A stretch of DNA of 64,000 nt. Source: Marsupella aquatica. Lineage: Eukaryota > Plantae > Marchantiophyta. The position numbers were made by a program, and so were the translations under genes. The stretch's first letter is position 1. The number at the start of each line of letters is the position of its first letter. The notes below the pieces were generated by a model. The model did not search any database, was not told the DNA's origin, and was given only the letters and a program-made list of their open reading frames with translations. Shown here in pieces: positions 13,701 to 27,560 of this stretch. Where the stretch lies: contig OZ316898.1 of assembly GCA_973895155.1 (NCBI GenBank), positions 11,555,187 through 11,619,186 of the forward strand, given 5' to 3'.

Positions 13701-16127
13701 AAACATGTGCTAAATGTCAACCATTGATTTCTGCACATCTCAGATCATTAGCAATTTAGCCGAGGACCTGCATTTCAAGTCCAGTACTGCGGAGACTGGC
13801 ATTTGTCAGGTCACGTGAGCATTTAGAATCAATCAAAGAAGGGAACAGTAGCCAAAGAACCGATCTTCAATACCTTTGTCTTTCCAGCAACAGAGTAATA
13901 CGGGAATCTCAGTTACTGAATAAGAAAAGAAACACTCCCCAAGACAAACGAGGTGTATTATTATGACTTTTTATGCGGGAGGCAGGCGAAGGAAGTGGCA
14001 ACAGCTATACATAGCAGCAAAGGCTATGCTTACCCGCAACAAAATCATGCGTGTTACAACCCCAAGAGAATCTTCAGTTAGGGAACGAACAACGGCTCAG
14101 TTCTGATCGAACCATCCAATCCAAAATTATGATCCTCGACAGAGCAACATTGAAGGACAACTCGCTAAGACAATCTTACCACCATCTGTAGTATCGTCCT
14201 TCTATATAAACGTACCAATCACGTGTGCACATTCTAACAAGAATTAAAGAGAAGTTACTCATGCCTTGGTAGAATAAGAACTGAATGACGGATCTGCGTC
14301 AGACACTATAAGGCTGCATCTGCAGACTCTATGTCCAACTCAAATATCAGTCAAGAAGTCAGGCTTGAAGCTCTCGATCAAACCTTGTCGGCCCTCCTGG
14401 TACGCTTCCGTAGGTTTTGCACAGGTTGGCTTCCCTTCTGATCACATTGCCGTTCTTATCATGCACTGAGTCCATTGCCATTCTCCTGGAGTATTCCTCA
14501 GCCTTACTCAGAAATCCAAGAACAGAACCTACGACCAAATGCATGTCAGGGATAAGCCATAAACAAGATCAAATCCCAGGGGAAGTGTACAGGGTCACAA
14601 ACGAAGCATGACAAATCTTTAGGGGTAAAGCAAGTAACTCCTCATGAGATTTCAAACCAGGATTTTCATCCCACACAGACACTCAGCTCTTGTATATAAT
14701 TGTTGCACGTTCACTCTTGGACAGTTTAGTTACCTACGGTGAAGACTGGACAGTGGAAATGGTGAGCTTTGTCATGAACTTTACATTGCCCTGCAACACA
14801 AAAACAGCCCAAAGCCAGAAGAAAGGCTAACGCTATCAACCCGTCAACACATGACGCCCATATCATGCACTATGACTTTTCCATCTGTACAGACCAACAG
14901 CTCTTTTTTCTAAGATCGTCGGTCCTCCAACTCTGTGTTCAGAAACAAAACAAAAAAGATTGTCGGGTGGGGTGGGGTGGTGGGGGGGCGGCTGGGCGAG
15001 AGGCAGATGGCTCTCGTTATTTGCATTGAGTGATGCACTCTGCAGACGATTTAGTTCGTGGATAGTGACTTTTGCCCTTGCAATTCAGCACCTACAATCT
15101 GAAGCCTCACGCATTCACTGAATCTTTCGAGTCACAACACTGTCGAGGACCAAGCTGCTTTGCCTGTCCACAGCGACATGTCAAGGAGTGCATAGGAATC
15201 AATGAAGACGGGAAATCAAGGATTCACCTTCTCTATCAGTATGTCTGGCTACGGTAGTCCTCTGACTGGGTTGCCGGTAGGAAGAATTGGCCAGGTAAAA
15301 GGGGGGCAAACATCCTCATCCTCGCTGGAATTTCCTCGTCTTCCTCCAAAGTTCAGATTGGATGCCCCAATCCCAGGGGTTCAGGATTTGAGACGCATTG
15401 TTTTTGGAATTTGGGGAGGAATGGAGAGAACGGATTAGAAGCCCAGATTGTCATAGTGGCATCCCAAGGGATCAACTGCAGTTAGCACCACTTTGAACAT
15501 TAAATGTATGAGAGTGAACCCTGTTTTGCTCCTCCTTGGATTGCTACCAGGGAACAACTTAAACCACACCTGCCACTATAAAAGCCTCATTCCATGTCTC
15601 ATTACTCACCATAAAAGGTGGAAACCTAGCATCTTTTGTGGAGTACTTGCCAAAAAAAGGTTTAGTAGTCAGCACTTTTTGTGGAGCTCAAAACCATTTC
15701 TGAACTTGTACTCTTTAGAATGAGAGCTATGGGTTACCCGTAGCCCTTTATAGGGGCAGGTGTGATTTAATGGAAAAGAGTGTTATAGATTCACATGAGC
15801 AAAGAGTAGTAGAATTTGACAGACATTCATTCTTAGGTCTAGAGGTACAACTGCAACCATAGTTAGGCTAACTTTAATCGCAAACTTGGTCAGGTAAATT
15901 ATGTTGCACCCTATATATAGAAGCAAGTTTTTGCATATGAGAAGCAACTCAAGCTCACTGTTACCAGACCACTTGAGAGATGGACAAAGCTTCTGTTGTG
16001 GAAACTTGATTGGCCTACAGACCTAGAAGAGTTTGTGTGTTCTGATAGCAGTAGCCTTATCTGAGATGAACCACTTATCTCTATGTCAACTATTTGTTCA
16101 TTGAATATTCATGTGCATGCCATTGTG

Positions 16128-16406
16128 TCTTGAACGGAAATGGGGAGGAAATACTCCCCCCATCCCAATGTGACAGTTTTTCTGTAGGGAACCCCGTCGG
16201 ACCCGCACCAGGAAGGAGAGAGGATTAAATAAGGGCCACAAAGTGGACGACCAGGGGCCGAGCAGATAATCAGAACTCCAATCCACTACCCACAAAACCC
16301 ATCCCACCCACACACATATACCCTCCACACCCTAGTGTGTGGGAGGGGGATTGAACCTAGGACCTCTCAGTTCAAGGCAAATCCCCTAGCCAATTGACCT
16401 AAGCCA
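16128..16406 (-). mobile_element. tRNA-derived SINE with 17-bp target-site duplication
   Basis: Perfect direct repeat atgtgcatgccattgtg at 16111-16127 and 16407-16423. Minus-strand head TGGCTTAGGTCAATTGG (A-box-like) ... GGTTCAATCCC (B-box). A related copy lies at 47921-48113 on +. Confidence 0.85.
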
Positions 16407-17584
16407 ATGTGCATGCCATTGTGAGTCATGTCTTCGCTTAACCAAATTTGAACCTCCCTTTCAAAATGGATATCAGTTACCTTGGGCATGATATTTTTGG
16501 TCAAATTATATCTATGACAAGAAAGGTACCAATAGGGGCTCATCTAGGCTGCTGAAATTTTTCCTTTACTCTGCTTCCTACCAGGAAAGAAGTGTTCCAT
16601 GTCCCATTAGATGACAGATTTGTGCAATTCCAATGCCAAACATATATATTTCTTTTCAGATAATAAAGCAAATTTCAAATTTATCCTAGTGTCATGGGTT
16701 AAAAAACATAGTATACACTGATAAGTCAGTGTTTACGTCAAGATTCTAAAAATATGGTTATGTTAACACCCTATGAAGAGGGTGTTTCTGTCTACTAATT
16801 TCTGAGAGCCCCAGCTCTAGGTGATCCCATGTCATATCAACCCTTGTGACCAGGTTTTCTGTAGCTTTCACATAACTAAAATGTTGCCACTAAGAGCTGA
16901 AATCTATCTACTATACCATATATAGTGAAGCTATGTGCTTTAGTTTTGCTGATAACCCTGTTACTAGCCTGCTCAAGGGTCTCACTATATAGAGGCCCCC
17001 CATCAATTGAAATATCTACCCCCTTAAATGTAAGAAAAAATATGTTTTTTGAAACCACTATAAAGTTGGAACATTCTTGGAATATTTTGAAAATTTGATT
17101 AACAAGACCCTCATGTTCTTACAAGACTCAAATTGGATTTAAACAACATAATGTTCTTCCACAAGAATTTCTAAGTTTTTTCTTAGAACCAATAAAACTA
17201 CCATATTATTTATCACAGGTGATGTGTTAATCCTATGGAAGTGAAACCCCGGAGCTAGCCTGCTTGCCCCTTCTTTGAGGGCAAATAGAGGTGATGACAT
17301 TCAAGCCTGCTACCCATTCACCAATTCAGGTTCAATTAGTTTCTAGTGACTCCTCACACGCCGAGCCAGTTTCATATATTCACCCCACTCGGAATCATTG
17401 TTTTCCACCCACACCCCAATCTGAGTTATGCCTGGAGAGTCAAGATATAGGAGACTTTACTCTAGACAGGGTCCTAAATAGTACATTCACATCAATATTG
17501 TATAGTTAGATCCTGGGGAGTAGGCACGGCATGGGTGTCTCGAGTACATGGACCCTCCTACTGGTATTGGGCTAGTTCTAATAA

Positions 17585-17996
17585 TAGGGGGCCTCAAATA
17601 TGTATCCATTTCTCTCTTCGCCGGACAGAGCCAGTGCCCATAATGTGCCCTACTGGTACGTGAGTTTGACCAGTGCCCAGACTTTCTGAGTTCATTTGTA
17701 TTGGTTCCTGGAACAACCAGGACCTGGTGGGGGGAAGTGGCCAGCCGGAAACCATAAATCCCGTGACACAAGTGTGGACGCTAGCCTTCTGGGAGCGGCA
17801 CATGTGTTTTGGCGTCATCCATCCAAACCTTGATCCCGAATTGGGGGAAGTGGCCAGCCGAAAACCATGAAATCCCACAACACAAGTGTGGAGGCTAGCC
17901 TCTGGGCGCGGCACAATTTTTTTGGCGTCATCCATCCAAACCTAATCCCGAACTGCGGTGAGACTGGCCCCTAATAATCATAGTTGAGACCCCCTA
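17585..17996. mobile_element. MITE-like element with about 13-18 bp TIRs and an internal ~114-bp tandem duplication
   Basis: Left tagggggcctcaa and right ttgagacccccta are inverted. Internal repeat gggggaagtggccagccg...catccatccaaacct occurs twice (about 17730-17950). A similar left end, tagggggactcaaa, occurs near 60890. Confidence 0.6.
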
Positions 17997-19654
17997 CTAA
18001 GTCCCACCTAATGTTCTGCCCAAACCCATAGTCCTTACCGCCTCACGGTACAACGAACCTACCCAGTATGGTAATCGGTATGGGCAGCATTGCATCAGCA
18101 CTGAAGGATGACGGGGACTTATCTGACAGCGTGGACAGTCACAGAATCTGCGCAGCCAGTCAGCGGAAGCCATATCGGATTTGACCGGTGATGCCGGTGC
18201 CCGGTCGCCGCGAGCACGGGCGATAAGCCGTCACCTTCGGTTCTCTGCGACGCACATCGTTTCCTCTGTTTCTTCTCTCAAACACTCTGTTTCGTCGTCC
18301 GATTCTTCCTTTCCTCTACTGGTTTCATTGATTGATTGATGATCGGGAATTTCGCGAGCACTTCCAATGGCAGGAATTCGGTGGTAGCGGAATTGCCCCG
18401 CCGGGCATGGCAATAATGTGTTCGGTGGTGCGACGCGCTCGAAGCTCTCAGCAGCAGCAGAAGCAGGAACTCGATTTGGTGGATATCTCAATTTCGGTCG
18501 CTTGTTTCGTTTCCATTGTTCGGCGCCGCGCCCGCGCCCCATTTTAGCGGTGTGCATTTTCCGTGAGTCTGAACGAAGAGAACGTATCGAGTGCAGAGGA
18601 GGTTCTTTGTGGTGCTCTCATTCTGGTAAGGCCTCAGAAAATCCTCATCAAGTGGATGATGTTTGTCGGTGTGTGACGGTGGCGGCTTTTCACTTCTGCT
18701 TCGGAGTCTGGGACCGATTTTGAAATGCTTGGAAGGTGCCGTTGAGAATCACAGGTGTGGGAGGATTGAGAGAGTTAGTCAGGGAATGAATGAATGACGA
18801 CCACGGCTGGCTGGCGAGTCGAGTGGAGTCGTGTTTTTTCTATAGAGGAGTGACCCTCGGATTCTCTATCTTCATACCTGCATCATCAGTGTGTGTGCGC
18901 TATGATGAAAAAACTCCAATGAGTCGATTATTTGGTTGAGTGCGGGGAACTTAGTGAGTTTGGGAGCAGCAGCGAGCGGGAACAGGAGCTTTGCGACGAG
19001 AAAGATGGAGTTTATTCTCCATTTATGATGTGGTTCCTGAGTCGTTTTATTTGGGACCTTTAGTAGTCGAGCAGGACTAGCTGGGGTCTTATCCTGAGAC
19101 AGTCACAAAAATCCAGGGCGCAGGGTTTGAATTGAGCTCTTTTATTTTGTTCTCGCCAGTATAAGCATTTTAGGATTTGCTTAATGATCTGAATTTCCCC
19201 CTTAGTCCACAGTTCAAACTATTTACTGATATTTAAATTAAGAATGAGAAGGATGTAGTCGATTCCAGCTTTCATCACGAAGCCCCCTACCTTTCGCAAT
19301 GGTGAATCAATACTCAGCTCGCGTGTTCCCTTAAGCTGTGCGGTGGACCAATCTTTGGTTCTCTGCTGCTGACATGAATCCAAGGAAGTCCGATATCCAT
19401 GGCCCTTTAATGCTGCTCCTCTTCTGTTGAGCAGGCTTGTCTGACTCCGGGACTCTGGTTAATTTGTCTAACTTCTTTGAAGTTTCTGAATTCCGAAGGG
19501 AATTGCATCAGCCTGATGGTTAATGTTCTTGTATTAATTTGGTTCATGGACAGATTGGATGAATGGCAACCTCAGGACACACTTGTTGTTACACGGTGCT
19601 CAGATGTGTTATCTGCTGGTTTGTGCTGATAATTACAGGAAAGCGTTGGACCAA

Positions 19655-22654
19655 ATGGCGACCTCTAGAATCATCTCCAACATGCAGTCTCCTTGTGGTC
19701 TGGTAGACTCGCAAATTTACGGTGGTTGTTTCCAACATTATGAATCTAGAATTCTCTCACATAGAAGAAGACCCCGGCAATTAGGTGACTCGTCCCGAAA
19801 CACACATGGGGTAACAGCACTTTGTTTCAGCTGTGACAAGCCGACTTTATGGTCTATCAATCTGGGACATGACCATTACTGTCGAGGAACAGGTAGGAAA
19901 ACGCAATTGGGTCACAGGAAAATTAAGATCCTTCGGAGCTTAAAGTCTAGTCCTCCTTCCGTCAGGGTGCGGTCTCACAATGCATTGAACAGCGAAACAA
20001 CATCCACAACAACAGCCGCAGAGACCGGACAGGAACAACAGCAAAGCGGGAAGTCTGAGAAGATCGCTGAGAATGTTGAGCAGGAGTCGGGTACAAGTAG
20101 CGGTCTTAGTGCTCTGGATGCATATTTTAGCAAGCTTAAAGGACCTACAACAGAAGGTCCAGCATCCCCGGCAAATGCAGCCACATCAACTTCAGTGTCG
20201 GCTTTGCTTCTTCCTGTCGCAAAGCAGCAGTACAGCGCAGGTGCCAGCAGCTCAGGGTATAATTCTTCTTCAGGTTCCACCGAAGCTGCAGGGGAGGAGC
20301 TGGAAGGTCTGAAATCGTTGGACGCCTATTTCGACAAACTTAATCCTAAGACGACGCCAGGTATGTGTACCTCGCATTTACCAGATATTTAATTGGCTGC
20401 TGATCATCGGTTATAGTCATTGTGCATTATTGTGGTAATGTGTCGCAAACCTCAGGTTTACTTCAAAAGGGATTCACCGAATAGAAGCCAGACATTTCGA
20501 ATGCCACCAACTGTTGTATGAGCTTTAAATTCCGTCAGCATTTCGGAGTTTGTCGAAAGTCACTTTTGGAGTACGAATATTACAGCTCTTGGCTTCATCT
20601 CATCAATTGAGACGGGAACTGTCTATAATATAGAGTGAACTCTTGTTGATACAGAGCCGGAGCGAGTTCAGGAAGAGGTGAAGCTAATTGAGAAAAAGCC
20701 TACAGAATTGACAGACGAAGAAATGTTTATGAAGTCCCTGATAGAAGCCAAGGAAGATTACGAGAGATATCGATCGTCCAGGAAAGATCAAGGAAGCAGT
20801 TCAGAAACACCTGGTGACCTGAAGCTCCAGGTTACTTCGAACAGTGAGATGGACTTTCCGGATTGGGAGCTGCCGGAAGAACATTCCGGAAACTCGAATC
20901 TCATGTAAGTATTCTCACACTTTCCCAGAGCATTCTTTTTGCGAACGATCTGGGACCTTGAAAGATTCTACCTTAAAAGTATGATGATCCCTAGTAGGTG
21001 CTTTGTTCAAGTGGACGTATTGCCTTCCCACATACTTACAATTTTTCAATTTGAATGACCTCACCAGTCGCTGGCAGAATGCTTTCTATTGTTGCAAAAC
21101 TCTCGTGAAGGATTCCATTTCTGGCATTGGTTTGCCTTAAAAGATCTTTAATGATGGAAACAAATTATGGTTTTACAAGAGAGAGACCTGGGAACTCATC
21201 TCAGCCAACCCGAAAGACTTTTTTGATTATTTGTGGCGAAACTCATGTGTCATACCATCTTGGACTCCTCAGAAACGTTCTTGTCGCCATGAACATCGCC
21301 GTGTACTTATTCGGGCTGGCTAGTCCTCACGAGGCCATGGGAATAACAGATTCGACGTTACCGGTTGTGTATGGAGCTAAAGTGAACGAGCTCATGGTGG
21401 CTGGTCAATGGTGGCGGTTCATCACCCCTATGTTTCTGGTAAGACATTATTCAGCTCTGCCCGTCTGTCCCATGTAGAATTGTGGAGGAATTTGATTTGT
21501 TCCCAATCGGATGACAATAGTCCACATACTTTCACGAACCCCTGCCCTCTTACCCCCTCGGATTCTAAATCGCAGCATCTATTTGCTTGTCCTTGCAGCA
21601 CGCCAGCCTATTGCACATTGGTCTCGGTTCTTGGGCTTTACTCTCCTTTGGGCCAGCTGTTGAGAGCGCGTATGGAACTCTAGGATTCGCTATGATCTAC
21701 TTTCTTGGAGGGCTGTTTGGGGACTTGACAAGTTTCTTTCATACCACGGAATGGACTGTCGGCGGAACGGTAAGGCTCCTAGTTTTCTGTTCATGAGACT
21801 CTCTTTGATGACAAAGGCTGCTTGCGTTATTTTCATGCCGGAAGGGAAATTAGTCTTGTCGACTGTCTCTCTTCGTTGTGAAACTGGCATTTCTAATCTG
21901 AAGCTAGATGAGCTATCTTTAGGTCGACGCTCCCCTTGGTTTAAGTTGTCCTAATTGGCTGAAAGTGGGTCTGGCAATTTTCTTTCGTCCTTCGCCAGCT
22001 GTAGCAAATGGAATGACACACTTGCTCGCTGCAGGGTCCAATTTATGCACTGGTGGGCACGTGGATAGTCTATTTGCTGAAAAATCGAGAAATAATTGGA
22101 AAGGATATTGCTGATGACATGATCCGGAAGGTGGTAATTTTGAGTGCCGTCAATGTCGCCCTCTGCAATTCGCTCCCCATTGATGATTGGTAAGAGAGTA
22201 CTCTTGAGAGGTCTCAAGTGGGTTTTACTTGAGGATCTAATTGACAAAAGGACATGGGAACTATGTGCATGAAAGTATTCTGGGTTACTGCTCTTGAGAT
22301 GTTGTAGTCTCAATTCAGCTAGACTAGTTCATTCTTGCTTTGGGTATCATCACTCTCGTCTAACAAAATTTGACATGGGCATGCAGGACACATCTTGGGG
22401 CATTACTCATCGGCACACTTTTTGGAATTCTTGCTAGTCCAACGATGCAGTTGAATGTGACCGTGAAAGACGCGTCTCCAGATAAGGAGGACGAAGAAGC
22501 AGAGGCCTACTTGTGGTTCAGTGACGGAGCAAGTCCAGCAAGGCTGACTCTAGTTTTTGGCTTGTGCGTCGGAATCTTCTTCATCCTCTACCAGCTCAGC
22601 ATTAGTGGTTCAAATGATTTTAGTCTTCTACAAGACATGGATGAGTTCTCCTGA
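19655..22654 (+). CDS. RBL9: Rhomboid-like protein, RBL9-type (probably plastid; catalytic Ser replaced), 6 exons
   Basis: Exons 19655-20360, 20655-20904, 21273-21438, 21599-21769, 22035-22189, 22387-22654 with compatible phases. Motifs YGAKVN, GQWWRFITPMFLHASLLH, TVGGTGP (in place of GxSG) and IDDWTHLGA. Long transit-like N-terminus. 5'UTR intron acceptor at 19638. Confidence 0.88.
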
Positions 22655-24209
22655 TACCAACGGCAGCGGATGAATGATTGAATGTTCGTGCCCATTGAGG
22701 TATCCAGGAGGGTACAGGATCATTGGAGCAAGGGGTAATGATTTTGTAACATAGAAAGGTGTTCGAAATAGAGTGCGGGAGTGATTACTCTCATTCACAA
22801 GGCTGCTCATTATTGATGTTCGACATCGTGGGTGAAGTAGTCCTCGGTTTAGGGTCTGCCCTGTCATGTGGTAAAACCGGTTTCCTCAAGCCATTATATT
22901 ATGCTGCTCCTCACCTAGTATGGTAGTAATAACCAGGGAGCTTAAGTAAACGACTGGCGTGAATCTGAAATAATTAGTAAGCTTGATGTGTTCTGCTTTG
23001 TGAGGGCCAACATGGGTGTGTAGCGTATTAAGGGTCACCGGGCAAAAGCGTTTAGGTGACTAAAAGTGCTTGCTGAAATTTTGACTGTGCTACAACCTCA
23101 TTGTAAATACGACCTTGAAATTGCAAGGGCTCGTCGTATTTTGACTGTGCTCGTCCCATTGAAATGAAATTGCCAAATGAGATCAGAAGAGGACGGTGGA
23201 CAGTAGCACTTCATCTCAAAATGAATTGCTCGCGTCTTGGCTCAGTTTTCAACAAAGCAAGGGTTGTACCACTGATGACTATCATAAGGAATGTCCATTG
23301 TGCTCTCATTTCTCAAGCCGCTGTAACCTTTGCTGTTCTGTATTTTGTGACCGTGGAGCAGTGATCTCGCGTTCACGTTGATTGCGACTAATGATTACAT
23401 TTCCTGTTGTCCAATTGAGAGTCTTAACTTCTAGCTATCGAATGAAGCTTTGCATTCTGAAGTTTTGATGGACTACTGTTTAGGTTCCAAGTCTAGTAAT
23501 CCTCTTGCGTAGGTTTTTATTTGTATTTCTATGGATGGATGGTTATGAGCCATAAATCCCACAGCATCCTGGCCAGAGATTGCAAGACTTCATCCCCTGA
23601 AGGGTTATCCAATTTGGCGCAACTTTCGGGTCCAAGCTACAATGAGCATTATGCTTCTTAATCCATGGCCGCTTAGGTGCCATGGGTTACCCTACACGTA
23701 ACCCCCTAACAGCCCCTGGGTTACCAAGGGTAAACCCTCTCTGTGTGTTCTCAGAAACTGTGTTTGGGAGGAGACACAACGCCGATCAGTAAGAGAGGGA
23801 TATTGAAATGTTGGAGCCAGGCTGGTCAGGATATGGCCCACACAGCCTTCACTAAAAATACCATGACTCACAAGATGGTTTACGTTACTGGGCACAGGGG
23901 CCATTGGGAGAAGGTAAGCAGCTGCCAAGGTGTACCAAGTTGGGTGGTGGGTGAGGCCCTGGTGTCATATGTTGGCCACCCAAACATGCCACACCTTGGC
24001 AGCTACTTACCTTCTCTCAATGGCCCGGAAGTGCTGTTGAACATAAGTGACATGGTCAGGCAGAGGGGTGCTGTTGGGAGTCAACTTGACAACTGAATTT
24101 CAAGGAATGTGCCAGCTGCCCAGAAGGTGATGAATTGGGTGAATTGGGTCTGGAAAGGGTGCACAATGGCACCTTTAAAATTCATCTTATGATTACGAAC
24201 AAATCCTAA

Positions 24210-24644
24210 GAGCATCTCTTACGCAGCGTGGTTGGCTAACGGGAACGGGGTTTTTCATCCCCGTTAAGCAATGTAAAAAAGACACCCCCTACAGGAGAAC
24301 GGCAACGGGACCGTATTTTTCGTTCACGGGGATTTCTCTTGCAGGAACGGGATTGTGGAGGCCAAATCCCGCTTTGCTCCATCCACGGGGTTCTTGACTG
24401 GATATAGCAGATATGGATCGTAAGGTGGAGGAAAGTCTTTCTTCCGTGCGGGAAGGAGGTAGTCTAACATTCTGCAGTCTAACATGTGTTTTCAAGAAAC
24501 CCCGTATTTAAAAAATCCCGTATCCATTGGGGTTGGACTTTCGCACCACTCAACCCATACACCCAGTATACTAAAATTAGAGTGTCAAAATACGGGGTAT
24601 TTAATGTATACAGTGAGTGAACCCCGTTACCGTAGGAGATGCTC
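24210..24644. mobile_element. PIF/Harbinger (Tourist-like) MITE inserted in the Helitron 5' end
   Basis: TIR GAGCATCTCTTACG / CGTAGGAGATGCTC (13 of 14 match); TAA target duplication at 24207-24209 and 24645-24647. Confidence 0.9.
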
Positions 24645-26016
24645 TAAGCTATAATACAAGGTTGCGTCCTTTTATAGGGTGGTCATCATTCAAATATAGA
24701 GTGTCCAAAAAAAGATTCCAGCAAAAGAGGAAGGAGTAAATAAAAGATAATAAAGTTTAGTGTGAATGAAAGGGGAAGGAACACTCTGTAAAAAGGAAAC
24801 AAATGAGGCGATGAAAAAGGGAAATGATTAGTAAATAAGCCGATGCAAGCACAAGGATCAATGTAGATCCCTCTACTTTCCATCAATGCATAAGTGAGAA
24901 CAAGATGTTGTTTTCAATGCAAGTCAGAAATGTACTACTTATCTTCCATAGTTTTGTGATAATTATCAAAAACTATAATACACTATGGCACCAATTTACA
25001 CCATGGTCATCTTTCAAAATTGCCGGGCCATTTTGGGTGAAAAATTCAAAACCGGAAAAAATTGAACCAATAAGACCAAAAAAACTCAAGTGGAAACTCA
25101 AACCGTCACTTGGATTGCAGTGCCGCAAAGTCAGCACCAAGCCGCTGCAAGTCGCGAACCCCCCCCCCCCCTCGCCGGCGGCTAGCGCTGCCCAGCTCAG
25201 GCCGCCCACACTGACTGGCTGGCTGGCTTGGGGCAGGGCTGGCTGGCTAGCACCGCCCTCTGCCTCCCAGGCCCCCTTTTGCCTCCCCACCTCACGGCCC
25301 CTCCTCCCGACTCCCTCCTGCCCCTCCTGCCTCCCAACCCCGCTCTCCCCGGCCTCTCGCCCTCTTGCCTCTCTAACCCCTGCTCTCCCCTTTTGCCCCG
25401 ACTCTCCCTCCTTGCGCTCCCCCACTCAACCCTAAAACCCTGCCTCGATGACCCACCCGATCCCCGCCCTCGCCCTTGCCTGGACTTGGTCTTGCCCTTG
25501 CCTGGACTCAGTCTCGCCCTTGGACTCTGTCTTGCGTTTCGGACTCGGACTCATGCGTAGACCGCCTGCTAGACCGAGGACCAGGTTCCTACTGGGTTTT
25601 TTTTGTCCTCGCGCATGGAGGCCGGTCTGACAAAACGCAACAATCCTCTGCTCTAACTCATCTCCAAAATTATTGGAGTTTTGTTAGTTAAGAACATATT
25701 TTACTTGACAACACCTTTTACTAACAATGTCTCATTACTTACCCACATATTTCAATTGGCGTAACCACATCTTTGACATAATGTCATCTTTTTAATACTT
25801 AACAGCATCTTTTATGCCACAGTATTTTACCTATTAACAACATCTTTTACGCCATGACATCTTTTACACAATGACATATTTTTACTTAACGGCATCTCTG
25901 ACGCCACTACATATGTTTACTTAACGACATCTTTTATGGAAAATTATACACACAGGTATTGAGCTATTAACTTCTATAATACAAGGTTGCGCCTATTTTG
26001 CCGTGGTCGTCATTCA

Positions 26017-26303
26017 CTCGGGGGGTTAACTAAGTGTATATTTTGGGGTACCACGTGCGATCCTAGCCTAATATAAATAGACCTATTTTATAAAGAAAAT
26101 ATTCCAAGAATATTCTCTATTTTCAATATTAATAACCTATTTTGCTTTATAAAAGGTATATATTAGAGAATATTCTATAAACATGAGTTTATAATACCTT
26201 CTTTTGCCTCCTACGCTTTTAAAAAATTTAGTTAAGTTCTATCCAAAATACCTATTTTGGATCGCACGTGGTTCCTAAGATTTTTTATAGTCAACCCCCC
26301 AAG
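26017..26303. mobile_element. MITE with 8-bp TSD (hAT-like by TSD length) nested in the second Helitron unit
   Basis: TSD GTCATTCA at 26009-26016 and 26304-26311. TIR CTCGGGGGGTTAACTA / TAGTCAACCCCCCAAG, with sub-terminal inverted CCACGTGCGATCC / GGATCGCACGTGG. The empty site is visible in the first Helitron unit (about 24681-24695). Confidence 0.85.
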
Positions 26304-27189
26304 GTCATTCAAATTTACGGGGCACAAAAAATAAGAAATCTGGTAGAAGGAAGGAATATAAAGAAATAAATTTTAGTTTAGTATGAATGAAAAAGAGTCA
26401 CCCCAATGTCCAAGTAGGAGGAATCAAGTGGGACGTCACTAACACAATGCACAAGGATAAGGAGAAAATATGGTACATACTCAATAAGGTGTAGATATTC
26501 AATAGAGTTAGATAGTGCATAGTTTAGTGTAATATTGGTAGGAGTTAAATTTCAGATATTATTTTAGTCAATAAGGGACTGCATACACTAATCAAATAAA
26601 ACAATAATTCTCCCAATATTTAGGATGATTTTTTACATTCATTTTTTGTGTCATTTTGAGTGCCAAAAAAACAATTATAAGTTCTAAAGACATAGTAAAG
26701 ATCATGGCACTGGCGTTGATGGCAAGGTGTCGGGCGAGGGGCACACTTTTACTTGACAACATCTTTTTACTTCACAATATCTTTCACATAACGAACCATT
26801 TGGCACCACATCATCTTTTTATTCATGACATCTTTCACATAACATCTTTGGCAAAATGACTTCTTTTTTGTTAGTTACGCCAATTTTTTACTTGACGACA
26901 TGTTTGGCAAAATGACTTCTTTTTTCTTAACGACGTCTTTTACTTGGCAACGGGCTTGACAACGTCTTTCACATAACTACATCTTTGAACTGGCAAAACA
27001 ACTTTATTGTTCTTTAACAACATGGTTTACTCCGCGGCATCTTGGGCGACACGACATCTTTTGTGCAACGCACCGGTATTGAGCTATTTTATACTTAACA
27101 ACATTGTTATATTTAACAAAACCTTTGGCGTAACGCGTTACGGCAGCATTGGCAACACGACCTCTATTTCTTCCACAACCTCTTGGCCG

Positions 27190-27560
27190 AGATGACATCT
27201 TCTTCTCAACAACCTCTTGGCCTACACGACATCTTTTGTTCTCATCGACTTCTTGGGCGACACGACATCTTTTGTTCTCACCAACATCTTGGCCAAGATG
27301 ACATCTTTTGTTTTCAACGACATCTTGGATGACACAACATCTTTTGTTCTCAACGACATCTTGGGCGACACGACATCTTTTGTTCTCAACGACATCTTGG
27401 GCGACACAACATCTTTTGTTCTCAACGACATCTTGGGCGACACGACATCTTTCTTCTCAACGACCTCTTGGTCAAAACGTCATCTTTCTTCTCAACAACC
27501 TCTTGGCCGACACGACATCTTTTGTTCTCAACAACATCTTGGCCGTCACGACATCTTTTG
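27190..27560. repeat. 36-bp minisatellite (ttgggcgacacgacatcttttgttctcaacgacatc)n inside the Helitron 3' region
   Basis: About 10 variably diverged copies; produces 12-aa periodic ORFs in several frames. Confidence 0.9.

Noticed and set aside
16330-16406. tRNA gene
   Set aside because: Only A/B boxes and a partial cloverleaf; it is flanked by a TSD and joined to an unrelated body, so it is a SINE head.
24905-25691. Pro-/Gly-rich ORFs on both strands
   Set aside because: Low-complexity C-rich tract inside a non-autonomous Helitron; the same applies to the G-rich ORFs at 48885-49481.
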